A program made the position numbers and the translations under genes. Below the pieces are notes generated by a model that did not search any database, was not told where the DNA came from, and worked only from the letters and a program-made list of their open reading frames with translations. This document shows, piece by piece, positions 7,030 through 15,796 of a stretch of DNA of 32,000 nucleotides. The first letter of the stretch is position 1. Each line of letters begins with the position of its first letter. The stretch is from Candidatus Lokiarchaeum ossiferum (GTDB lineage Archaea; Asgardarchaeota; Lokiarchaeia; Sigyniarchaeales; Promethearchaeaceae), in contig CP104013.1 in the NCBI GenBank assembly GCA_025839675.1, positions 2,880,001 through 2,912,000 of the forward strand. The letters run 5' to 3'.

Positions 7030-9393
7030 ATGAATCAACGAATTCAAGCATTGAGAACTCAAAGTCGTACCGCTATCCCAACATTATCTCTTGAACGAGC
7101 AAAATTGATGACAGAATTTTATAAATCTGGAGCAGGACACAAATTAAGCCCTCCTATGGCAAGAGCAGAATCTTTTAAATATCTTATGCAAAATAAGACA
7201 ATTTGTATTAATCCAGGGGAATTAATAGTAGGAGAACGAGGGCCCAGCCCAAAAGCAACATCGACTTATCCTGAAATTTGTTGCCATACTCTTCAAGATT
7301 TGGAAATTTTAAATAATCGGGAGAAAATATCTTTCAAGGTGACAGATGAAGATAAGAAATTAACTACATCGACCGTACTCCCCTTTTGGAAAAATCGATC
7401 AATTCGTGATAAAATTTTTGCACAGGTGGATCCTGAATGGATTGAAGCTTATGATGCAGGAGTTTTTACAGAATTTATGGAACAGAGGGCTCCAGGCCAT
7501 ACAGTCGCAGGGAAACAATTATTTACCAAAGGATTTTTGGATTTCAAAGAGGATATCAAGGAGAGTATAGCAAATTTAGATTTCTTTAATGATGCCGAAG
7601 CCTTTGCAAAGCGAGAACAATTACAAGCAATGAATATTGCTGCAGATGCAATTATAATTTATGCCAAACGCCATTCAGATCTAGCTCGATCATTAGCTAA
7701 CACAGAAGTAAATCCCACTCGAAAATCTGAACTTTTAAAAATTGCCGCAACTTGTGATTATGTTCCAGCTCATGCACCAAGGACCATGTGGGAAGCCTTA
7801 CAACATTATTGGTTTGTTCATTTAGGTGTTATAACTGAATTAAGTACTTGGGATTCATTCAATCCAGGAAGATTAGATCAACACCTCATTCCATTTTATC
7901 GGATGGAAATCTCAAAGGGTACCCTTACAAAAGAGTTTGCAAAGGAATTACTCCAAGCTTTCTGGGTGAAGTTTAATAACCAACCAGCACCCCCAAAGGT
8001 GGGAGTTACCGCTGAAGAATCTAACACATATACAGATTTTTGCAACATTAATGTGGGGGGACTTAAGGAGGATGGTTCAGATGGAGTAAATGAACTCTCT
8101 TATATGATTTTAGATGTAATTGAAGAGATGCGTTTGCTCCAACCGAGCTCAAATGTGCAGATTAGTAAAAAGACACCAAATCGTTTTCTCAATCGAACTT
8201 TAGAAATCTTGAAAACGGGATTTGGACAACCTTCGATATTTAATACGGATGCAATAATCCAAGAATTAACACGGCAAGGAAAAGACATAATCGATGCTAG
8301 AAATGGTGGAGCAAGTGGATGTGTTGAAATTGGTGCTTTTGGTAAGGAGGCTTATATTCTAACAGGATATTTCAACCTTGTTAAAATTTTAGAAATAACA
8401 TTGCATAATGGGACTGATCCACGTACGGGAAAACAAATTGGAATTCAAACCGGAAATCCTCAAGATTTTTCTACATTTGACATATTTATGAAAGCTTTTG
8501 AGAAGCAGGTGAAACATTTTGTGGATATAAAAATCAAAGGCAATATGGTGATTGAACAATTATGGGCTCAAAATCTTCCAGCAGTCTTTATGTCTATATT
8601 CGTTGATGATTGTATAAAAACCGGAAAGGATTATAATGCGGGTGGTGCCCATTACAATACATCCTATATTCAAATTGTTGGTATGGGGTCCATAACAGAT
8701 TCACTTGCTTCAATCAAACATCATATTTTTGATAAGCAGACACTTTCAATAGAAGAAATGATTAGTATTTTGGATTCTAATTTTGTACAGAATGAAAAAT
8801 TGCAGCAAGATTTTCTTCTAAATACTCCAAAATATGGGCAAGATGATGAATATGCAGATGATATTCTTCATGATGTTTTTGAAATCGTATATAATTCCAT
8901 AAATGGGAGACCGAATTCAAAAGGGGGTGTTCATCGTATTAATTTGCTCCCCACAACTGTTCATGTTTATTTTGGCTCAGTTATAGGAGCGACTCCAGAT
9001 GGGAGATTCGCAAGCAGGCCACTTTCAGAAGGAATTTCTCCCGTGCAGGGAACTGATATCAAAGGACCAACAGCTGTCTTAAAGTCTGCAGGTAAAATTG
9101 ATCATCTTAGAACAGGTGGAACCTTACTGAATCAAAAATTCACGCCAAGCCTAATGAAAGATGAAAGTGGCATCAAAAAAGTTGCACATTTAGTACGAAG
9201 CTACTTCAAAATGGATGGGCATCACATTCAATTCAATGTGGTTTCTGCTGAAACTCTTCGCGCTGCTCAAAAAAATCCTCAAGATTTTCGAAATTTAATA
9301 GTTCGAGTCGCTGGTTACAGCGATTACTTCGTTAATCTTGGTTCAGATTTACAAGAAGAAATAATTAAACGAACAGAACATAAAGAATTCTAA
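7030..9393 (+). CDS. Glycyl-radical enzyme, PFL2/glycerol-dehydratase/CutC/HypD-like (substrate unknown)
   Basis: 787 aa. C-terminal glycyl-radical motif LIVRVAGYSDYFVNL..IIKRTEH. Single-Cys loop GGASGCVEIG (Cys-x-Glu) rather than the Cys-Cys of true pyruvate formate-lyase. GGAGG at 7015-7019. Confidence 0.85.
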   Translation: MNQRIQALRTQSRTAIPTLSLERAKLMTEFYKSGAGHKLSPPMARAESFKYLMQNKTICINPGELIVGERGPSPKATSTYPEICCHTLQDLEILNNREKISFKVTDEDKKLTTSTVLPFWKNRSIRDKIFAQVDPEWIEAYDAGVFTEFMEQRAPGHTVAGKQLFTKGFLDFKEDIKESIANLDFFNDAEAFAKREQLQAMNIAADAIIIYAKRHSDLARSLANTEVNPTRKSELLKIAATCDYVPAHAPRTMWEALQHYWFVHLGVITELSTWDSFNPGRLDQHLIPFYRMEISKGTLTKEFAKELLQAFWVKFNNQPAPPKVGVTAEESNTYTDFCNINVGGLKEDGSDGVNELSYMILDVIEEMRLLQPSSNVQISKKTPNRFLNRTLEILKTGFGQPSIFNTDAIIQELTRQGKDIIDARNGGASGCVEIGAFGKEAYILTGYFNLVKILEITLHNGTDPRTGKQIGIQTGNPQDFSTFDIFMKAFEKQVKHFVDIKIKGNMVIEQLWAQNLPAVFMSIFVDDCIKTGKDYNAGGAHYNTSYIQIVGMGSITDSLASIKHHIFDKQTLSIEEMISILDSNFVQNEKLQQDFLLNTPKYGQDDEYADDILHDVFEIVYNSINGRPNSKGGVHRINLLPTTVHVYFGSVIGATPDGRFASRPLSEGISPVQGTDIKGPTAVLKSAGKIDHLRTGGTLLNQKFTPSLMKDESGIKKVAHLVRSYFKMDGHHIQFNVVSAETLRAAQKNPQDFRNLIVRVAGYSDYFVNLGSDLQEEIIKRTEHKEF

Positions 9394-9482
9394 AATATAA
9401 TCAAGATCATCTTTTTCCCATTTCCCTCCCATTTAAAAAGTTACATTCAAAAACTTTCCGCTTTTAGTAATATTAACATTCC

Positions 9483-9512
9483 GAAAATATTCATTTTTTC
9501 GAATATTTTTTT
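9483..9512 (+). terminator. Hairpin ending in a T-run downstream of the GRE gene
   Basis: GAAAATATTC (9483-9492) pairs with GAATATTTTT (9501-9510): 9 Watson-Crick pairs plus one G-U, with an 8-nt loop, running into TTTTTTT. Confidence 0.35.
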
Positions 9513-9543
9513 AAAATAATATTAATTCTCTGAGGAATCAATT

Positions 9544-10677
9544 ATGGCAGAAAACAAATTAGATCTTGCATATTTAGAAAAATTATGTAATGCATTTGGC
9601 CCTTCCGGTCACGAACGTGAAGTTCAAAAAATGGTTTTAAACTACGGTAAGCCCCTAGCGGATGAAGTTTTATTTGATAAAACTGGATCAGTTATTTTCA
9701 AACGCGGAACTTCGGGTCCTAAAATCATGCTTGCTGGACATGCTGATGAAATTGGCTATCTTGTTCAAAGTATTGAAAAAAATGGATTTCTAAAAATCTC
9801 CAATCTGGGAGGTATTTTTCCAGGAAACTTGATTGGTCATGAAATTCTTATCCGACCATTCAAAGGGGGGGAAAAAATCATTGGAATCACCACCAATGGT
9901 TCTTTAGCTGGGCCACATAAAGACAAAATTCCTAAATTGAGTGATCTTTTTGTTGATATTGGATGCGCTACTGATGAAGAAGTGAAGGAATTGGGAATTC
10001 GAGTTGGAGATCCTGCCGTTCCTTACGCAGTATATCGATCTTTAACCCGAAAACGAAAGGAAAAGAAAAAAGATGCCAAACCTGATGAAGAACCAGAGAT
10101 AAAGGAAGCACGTTTGGCAGTAGCAAAAGCATTTGACGATCGGATAGGTGTGTTTATGGCACTTGAAGTAATGCGACGATTGTCTGATGATCACATTTCC
10201 CATCCCAATATTGTTTATGCCGCATCCACAACCCAAGAAGAAGTGGGATGTAGAGGAGCTCGAACAGCTGCACAATTAATTCAACCAGATATTGGATTTT
10301 CACTTGATGTAACTATTTGCGGAGGAGGACCAGGAGCAAAGTCTATTGAACAAAAAATGGGGAAAGGCGTTGCTGTAGGAGTTTATGATAGTTCTATGAT
10401 TGCAAATCCAGTTTTCCGAAGGTTTGTTATGGAACTTGCAGAAGAAAAGGGTATTCCTTGTCAAACAGGATTTTTAAATAGAGGGGGAACTGATGCAGGA
10501 CAGATACATCTTTCTGGAATTGGAGCACCATCGTTATTTTTCGGTATTCCAACCCGTTATGTGCATTCCCATCATGCAATGTTAGATTTAGATGATGTTG
10601 AAGGCGCCATTCAACTATTAATCGAGTTAATTAAAAAATTGGATGAAAAAACTGTTGCTAGTTTTACCACTTTATAA
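9544..10677 (+). CDS. M42 family (TET/FrvX-like) aminopeptidase
   Basis: GPSGHEREV, MLAGHADEIGY, AKAFDDRIG, HPNIVYAASTTQEEVGCRGARTAA, GGTDAG and IPTRYVHSHHAM match M42 metallopeptidases. Carries an extra charged insert at aa 168-188. GAGG lies upstream of the ATG. Confidence 0.85.
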   Translation: MAENKLDLAYLEKLCNAFGPSGHEREVQKMVLNYGKPLADEVLFDKTGSVIFKRGTSGPKIMLAGHADEIGYLVQSIEKNGFLKISNLGGIFPGNLIGHEILIRPFKGGEKIIGITTNGSLAGPHKDKIPKLSDLFVDIGCATDEEVKELGIRVGDPAVPYAVYRSLTRKRKEKKKDAKPDEEPEIKEARLAVAKAFDDRIGVFMALEVMRRLSDDHISHPNIVYAASTTQEEVGCRGARTAAQLIQPDIGFSLDVTICGGGPGAKSIEQKMGKGVAVGVYDSSMIANPVFRRFVMELAEEKGIPCQTGFLNRGGTDAGQIHLSGIGAPSLFFGIPTRYVHSHHAMLDLDDVEGAIQLLIELIKKLDEKTVASFTTL

Positions 10678-10714
10678 GAAATCATGAGATTTCTTTCTTT
10701 ATTTTTCCCTTTTT

Positions 10715-12349
10715 TCAAAATTCATTTTGATCTGTCGATATTTGAGACAAAATTTTAATCAATTTCAAATTAGGGGTCGAAAGTAGATACTTATACAACC
10801 GATTTTGAGGATAAATCATACAATATTTGGAATTTTTTAAATCACGTAAAAAATTCAAAATGAATCGGGTTGAGAAAAACTTAGCGGAATGAAGGTCAAA
10901 AATCATGTTCCTTACGAAAGATTTTGTCAAAGTATCTGAAAAACAGACTATTGAAGAAATAAAACCATATTTTTTACTTAACAAGTTTTTGATTTGAGGT
11001 AAGTAAGATTGTTCTTCAGAAGAATGAGAAGTATCCAAGCTTTCAAGAGTTAGAGAATTCGAATCGATTTTGGTTACTTCTTCTAAAACACCTTGTGAAA
11101 ATCTCAATAAAACCAATGAAAACTCTGAAAGATCAAATCTCGAGGAAAATTTGGCTAAGTTTTGTACATTATTCCCTAAAATAAGGAGGATTTTCCCCTC
11201 AGAACCTATTTGGTGAATCATTGCATTATTTAGTAATGATGGAATTGCCCAAAAGGCAATTTTTCTTGGATTAATAGTCAAATTTCGAGCATACTTTGAA
11301 TATCGGAAAAGTTCTCGCAAAATTTTAGGTTTGGGATAGCAATTCCAATCTGTCCCATAATTTTTGTAACAGGATAACATTTTCTCTCCTAACAAATTCC
11401 ATCGATCTTTGGTAGAAGGAAAGGGCGTTTGAAAGAGATCTTCTAAATATTGGACAATAGATTTGACTTGAAACATGAAATTAAAAGAAGTATGGTAGGA
11501 TTTCTTTAAATATTTCATAATTTTTGCATCCCTTTCAACAAAATCTTCACAAGATAATATTGTTTCTGGAATTTTACATGGAGTTATTATGAAGCGACTA
11601 TACCGCTTAATTAATTTCAAAGCAAAATAATAGTCTGATCCTTTGAAAGTAAGAGAAAATGATTCATTCGGTGCCAAAGTTTCAATATACCGATAGAATG
11701 ACTCATATTTAAAATTTCCAAAAAATTGATGACTTGAGGTTAAGAAATCTAGTCCCACAGATTTTGGAAAATATAAAAATTGATTTTGGCTTTGTGCATC
11801 AATTAGTCGATCTATAAAATAACCCATCAAAGCAAAAATACTGCACGCTGGAGAAGATGTTTCATTATTTCCGGATTTTTCAACAAATTTTTCCAAAAGA
11901 GTTTCAGAGATAACATGAATATTTCCGAGATCGCTCCCAAATTTTTTTTTTATAAAAGGTGTTAATTTTTCAAAGGTTGTTTCAAGATGATAAATTGCAT
12001 CTTCTTCCAAGGATAACTCCTTAACATCCAAAGTTACCATTTCTTTAACCATATTAAATTGGTTGACTGTATGAAGATATGCGCGTAAAATGACACCATT
12101 TGTATCCACAACAAATTCTATCGATACTGGGTTCTGGTTCAAAAAGAGAGCATAGAAATCAGCCCATAATTTATGAAATAAGATCGAATTCGTCTCTAAT
12201 TCAAGAAATGGCAGTTTTATCACAATGTTGGATAGAATTTGAACCTTGGAATATTCTTGTGCAGTTGATAAATGCTTATGCCAAGTAACAAAGTACTCAT
12301 GTATTTTTTTTTGAAGATTTTTTGATTTTATCGAATCTATTTTACTCAT
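10715..12349 (-). CDS. Hypothetical protein, 544 aa, no recognisable domain
   Basis: Long uninterrupted ORF. Its ATG overlaps the stop of the upstream 644-aa gene (ATGAGTAA, 8-nt overlap). No Walker, metal-binding or catalytic motif recognised by eye, and no TM helices. Confidence 0.6.
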   Translation of the reverse strand: MSKIDSIKSKNLQKKIHEYFVTWHKHLSTAQEYSKVQILSNIVIKLPFLELETNSILFHKLWADFYALFLNQNPVSIEFVVDTNGVILRAYLHTVNQFNMVKEMVTLDVKELSLEEDAIYHLETTFEKLTPFIKKKFGSDLGNIHVISETLLEKFVEKSGNNETSSPACSIFALMGYFIDRLIDAQSQNQFLYFPKSVGLDFLTSSHQFFGNFKYESFYRYIETLAPNESFSLTFKGSDYYFALKLIKRYSRFIITPCKIPETILSCEDFVERDAKIMKYLKKSYHTSFNFMFQVKSIVQYLEDLFQTPFPSTKDRWNLLGEKMLSCYKNYGTDWNCYPKPKILRELFRYSKYARNLTINPRKIAFWAIPSLLNNAMIHQIGSEGKILLILGNNVQNLAKFSSRFDLSEFSLVLLRFSQGVLEEVTKIDSNSLTLESLDTSHSSEEQSYLPQIKNLLSKKYGFISSIVCFSDTLTKSFVRNMIFDLHSAKFFSTRFILNFLRDLKNSKYCMIYPQNRLYKYLLSTPNLKLIKILSQISTDQNEF

Positions 12350-14276
12350 TTGACTTTTCTCCTTCCGGTTTTTCTTCTTGAGTATCTTTAGAAACTGATT
12401 CTGGTAAAAGAACTGATTCGGATCTTAGGGATTTTTGTTTTGAGTAGTTTTTTTTTTCAATTTTCAGGTTATCAATTTGAGGTTGAAACTTAGGTTTCAG
12501 TTCTTCCAATGCATTCTTTCGATTCTGTTTGTACTTCTGAATTTGCTCTTTATATGTTTGTTTAGCAAGTTTAAGCTCAGATTTAATCTGAGGTAATATT
12601 GGACGATTTATCTCGGTGATTTTTGCCTTTAATTTAGATCTTTGTTGTTTTTGCTGAATCGTTCTTTCCTTTTTATCAAATTCTATAAAATTATAGACCG
12701 TTTTCATACTATCCAAAAATGTAGTAAGCGTCGGGATCATCTTGGAAGGGATGAAATTTGCGATTGTCAGCATATTCTGTAAACCTATTGGTTGATAATT
12801 AGAAAGTTCCACTACTTTAGAATTTAAAACAACATCAGGTGCTTTGTTTTGAATTCGTAACTTTTCGTGTTTATATGATAGATCGAGACGGATCCTTTCT
12901 AATTTGTAATGAAAACTTATAGTTGATTTTTCTAACTTCTTTTTCTTTTTCAATTTTAGGAGTTTTAGAGAAGGAGTCTGCTCTTTTTCTTCAATCATTG
13001 ATATTTGATGATCAATTTTGGACTGAAATAATTCATTTTTTCTTCTTAATTTTGCCTGTTTTCCAATAATTGCTCGTTCTAACTCATCCCCATCCAAAAT
13101 TCGAGTGACTCCAGTTTCAAAACCAAGAATTTCAAGAGGTTCTTTTAAAGAACTTTTAAGAATTGAGCGAAATGCATAATCTTGAGTCGATTGAATTGCA
13201 GAGTTCCCAAATACTACAATATATTCTTTACCCGTAAAATTCGGTTCTGGAGGATTTTCTCCTGCAAGTAAGATCCAATCTCCAACATTATAAAGATCTT
13301 TGAATAAAATTGTTTGAAATCGTAAGAGTAGGAGGTAGAGTGTGTGATGATCGGCAACACTCAGATTTCCAAGATGAAGGGAAAGTCCAGGAAGCTTAAA
13401 AAGGTTTAAATCTTTTGGAATAGGCTTGATATCGAGTTTTGCGATATTTTCAGGAGTTTTTACCACATTATTTCCTGAAGATGCGAATTTTTCTTCATTT
13501 ATTTGTTTTAAGAAGGGATTTTGCTTAGGATCAAACCCTAAATCAATTAATGTTTCCCAATCCAACGTTAAACAATCATTTCCAAAATAAACCCGATGTA
13601 AATGTGTTGTTTTAATTCTCTTTCCTATACATGGCCCATTCTGTTCTATAATGGAAAATCCATCGTTAATAAAAAGTAAGGGTTTTTCTTTAGATAAACT
13701 TTGAGAGGGGCGATCAATCCATTCTTGATAAGTCTCAGGGGATTTACTTGTATTTGAATTGCTAAAAACCGAGAATAGAGGAAGAGATGCCCAAAATCCG
13801 AATAAAGGATCTTGCTTAAGCTGGGATAAAAGAACAATTGAATCAATTTGTGAAAAGAGAGAAAGATTTGGTTCGTTTATTACCTCACTTGGCTCAAGGG
13901 TTGGATCTGTCTCACCATCAAGATTTTGGGAAATTTTTTGATCGAAAACATCTGATCTATCAACCAAAATTGCATTATGGTGGTTTATCCAAGTTTTTAA
14001 CCCATAATTTGAGAGAAGAGCATCAGAACTATAGCCATTGAAAACAACAGGAAGCACATAGATTTCAGATATTCCTCGAGATTTTAAGAAATTTATTAGA
14101 ACAACTAGAGAATCGGGATTGAAGGATACAGGAAAAGGTTGTGGAATCAACATATCAACTACAATTAAAACCTTACCCTTACTTGGAATAAAACCTCCTT
14201 TTTGCTCTAAAAGTCTCAATCCATCAATTATGGTTTTTTCGAGTGAATTATTTTCTGAGATAATTGTGATGCCCAT
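12342..14276 (-). CDS. DUF362-like domain protein with long Lys-rich coiled-coil C-terminal half
   Basis: aa 1-257 follow the DUF362 layout (KGKVLIVVDM.., DSLVVLINFLKSRGISEIYVL, ..AILVD, QIDSIVLLSQLK, KPLLFINDGFSIIEQNGPCIG, YFGNDCLTLDWETLIDLGFDP). aa 398-475 and 533-615 are heptad-like and K/E/Q-rich (LKLLKLKKKKKLEK, KLKAKITEI, KQTYKEQIQKYKQNRKNALEELK). The domain call is from memory of the family pattern, not a search. Confidence 0.6.
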   Translation of the reverse strand: MGITIISENNSLEKTIIDGLRLLEQKGGFIPSKGKVLIVVDMLIPQPFPVSFNPDSLVVLINFLKSRGISEIYVLPVVFNGYSSDALLSNYGLKTWINHHNAILVDRSDVFDQKISQNLDGETDPTLEPSEVINEPNLSLFSQIDSIVLLSQLKQDPLFGFWASLPLFSVFSNSNTSKSPETYQEWIDRPSQSLSKEKPLLFINDGFSIIEQNGPCIGKRIKTTHLHRVYFGNDCLTLDWETLIDLGFDPKQNPFLKQINEEKFASSGNNVVKTPENIAKLDIKPIPKDLNLFKLPGLSLHLGNLSVADHHTLYLLLLRFQTILFKDLYNVGDWILLAGENPPEPNFTGKEYIVVFGNSAIQSTQDYAFRSILKSSLKEPLEILGFETGVTRILDGDELERAIIGKQAKLRRKNELFQSKIDHQISMIEEKEQTPSLKLLKLKKKKKLEKSTISFHYKLERIRLDLSYKHEKLRIQNKAPDVVLNSKVVELSNYQPIGLQNMLTIANFIPSKMIPTLTTFLDSMKTVYNFIEFDKKERTIQQKQQRSKLKAKITEINRPILPQIKSELKLAKQTYKEQIQKYKQNRKNALEELKPKFQPQIDNLKIEKKNYSKQKSLRSESVLLPESVSKDTQEEKPEGEKSNE

Positions 14277-14359
14277 TTTTTAATCCTTTAAATCGTTCTT
14301 ATTTATTCAAATGTCGTTTCCAAATAAGAATTTTTCACAAAAACTAATTAGAAAAAAAT

Positions 14360-15661
14360 TTACTTTTGATCATATCGAGTTTTAACTAATCCCGCTTGCG
14401 CTTGATATTCGCCATAAGCTTTACCTGCTTTTGCCAATTTTCCAATAATATGTGAAATTCTAGGATCAATAATTCCTGGATTTTCATTTTCAAAAGGTGT
14501 CCCAGGGAGAGGCATAAAAGTATGGGTATGAATGCGGACATTTTTCACCTTGTTAGTCAGAACTTGATTAAAAAATGAAATATTCGCTTGAATATCTTCC
14601 TCAATCTCACCAGGTAACCCAAAAATGAAATCAATTTCTGCACCTATCCCAAATTCATCCATAAGATCGACAGCGGTGATGACATCTTCGATGTTATGTC
14701 CCCTTGCTATTGATTTCAAGAGACGATTGGAAGCAGTTTGAGCCCCAATCAATAATTTTCGATTTGTCATTAAAGGTGTGACAATTTCCAGCATTTCCCG
14801 AGTTACAGATTCAGGCCTAACTTCACTTGGAAAAGTACCAAAATATATGCCTTTAATAGAATTTTTTTGCGAAATTCCAGTTAGTAATTCTTGTACCGCT
14901 TCTATGTTTGGTGTAATTCCATTTGGAGAACCGTATGCAAATGCGTTGGGTGTTAAAAACCATACTTTATCAAATTTTATTTCGGACGCTCTTTTAACAT
15001 TTTGAAGAATGGTTTGAATGGGAACATGTCGCATTTTATTTGAGGAACACCCTGTTTGACAAAATTTGCATCGATAAGGACATCCTCGAGAAATTTCAAT
15101 GGGTCCAAAGAGACGGAATTTCTCTGAAAATGAGGGAGTGACCCCTAATTCAATAATTTTTGCAGGTAATCCAGGTGAATATTGAGGTTTCAGTTGGATC
15201 ACCCCATTTAGCATAGGATAGTTAAGGAGATCTTGTGAAGCATTATATAAAGTATGTAATAATTGAGAAAATCCAATTTCACCTTCCCCTGGAATAAGGA
15301 AATCAACATTAAGGTTTTGAAATTCTTGAGGTGATGCCGTTACATGAGGACCTCCTGCCACCGTAAAGATTTTTGGATGAAATTGGTTGAAAAAATATGG
15401 AGTGGATTTACTAAACTCTTTAAATTGATTCATTTGAATTGACAACAACGAAAAAGCTAGAACTACAAAATCATAGTTTTGAAATGGAATTTCCTTAATT
15501 TTTGAAGAATGTTGAGGAGATTTATAAAGTTGAAACGGTAAAGCAATAAAATCGTAGTTTTCCATCAGCTGGGAATTATTTTCTAAATATCCCATCAAAA
15601 TGCTCCATGAATACCGGTTTGGTTTGTCATACCCAAATAATACCAATCCTTTCTTGATCAC
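14360..15661 (-). CDS. B12-binding-domain/radical SAM protein (MJ_1487-like)
   Basis: N-terminal Rossmann-like B12-binding-type region (VLFGYD.., DFVVLAFSL, GGPHVTASP, VDFLIPGEGE) followed by ISRGCPYRCKFCQTG (CX3CX2C) and FGLPGE. GTG start with a TTTATTTAA box 20-28 nt upstream. Confidence 0.8.
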   Translation of the reverse strand: MIKKGLVLFGYDKPNRYSWSILMGYLENNSQLMENYDFIALPFQLYKSPQHSSKIKEIPFQNYDFVVLAFSLLSIQMNQFKEFSKSTPYFFNQFHPKIFTVAGGPHVTASPQEFQNLNVDFLIPGEGEIGFSQLLHTLYNASQDLLNYPMLNGVIQLKPQYSPGLPAKIIELGVTPSFSEKFRLFGPIEISRGCPYRCKFCQTGCSSNKMRHVPIQTILQNVKRASEIKFDKVWFLTPNAFAYGSPNGITPNIEAVQELLTGISQKNSIKGIYFGTFPSEVRPESVTREMLEIVTPLMTNRKLLIGAQTASNRLLKSIARGHNIEDVITAVDLMDEFGIGAEIDFIFGLPGEIEEDIQANISFFNQVLTNKVKNVRIHTHTFMPLPGTPFENENPGIIDPRISHIIGKLAKAGKAYGEYQAQAGLVKTRYDQK

Positions 15662-15680
15662 ATGAAATCCAAACCATTCC

Positions 15681-15690
15681 TTAAATAAAG
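15681..15690 (-). promoter_or_regulatory. TATA-like box upstream of the radical-SAM gene
   Basis: The minus strand reads CTTTATTTAA 20-29 nt upstream of GTG 15661, which suggests a leaderless or very short-leader transcript. Confidence 0.3.
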
Positions 15691-15796
15691 AATTTTTGAA
15701 GAGACTGTTGGAGAAAAAAACTAAAACTGGAATGCTTCTTAATAAGTTTCTAATAAGGATTCCTTAAAAGTATGCAACGGTTTTACATCATGATTA

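Noticed and set aside
7030-9393. Annotating the 787-aa glycyl-radical enzyme as pyruvate formate-lyase
   Set aside because: The active-site loop has a single Cys followed by x-Glu (GCVE), not the Cys-Cys pair of PFL. Its length and C-terminus fit the PFL2/dehydratase clade.
13646-14041. Short ORFs on both strands inside the 644-aa gene (13646-13846 minus, 13759-13941 plus, 13838-14041 plus)
   Set aside because: All are nested in the long DUF362-like ORF, and none has features better than chance in AT-rich sequence.
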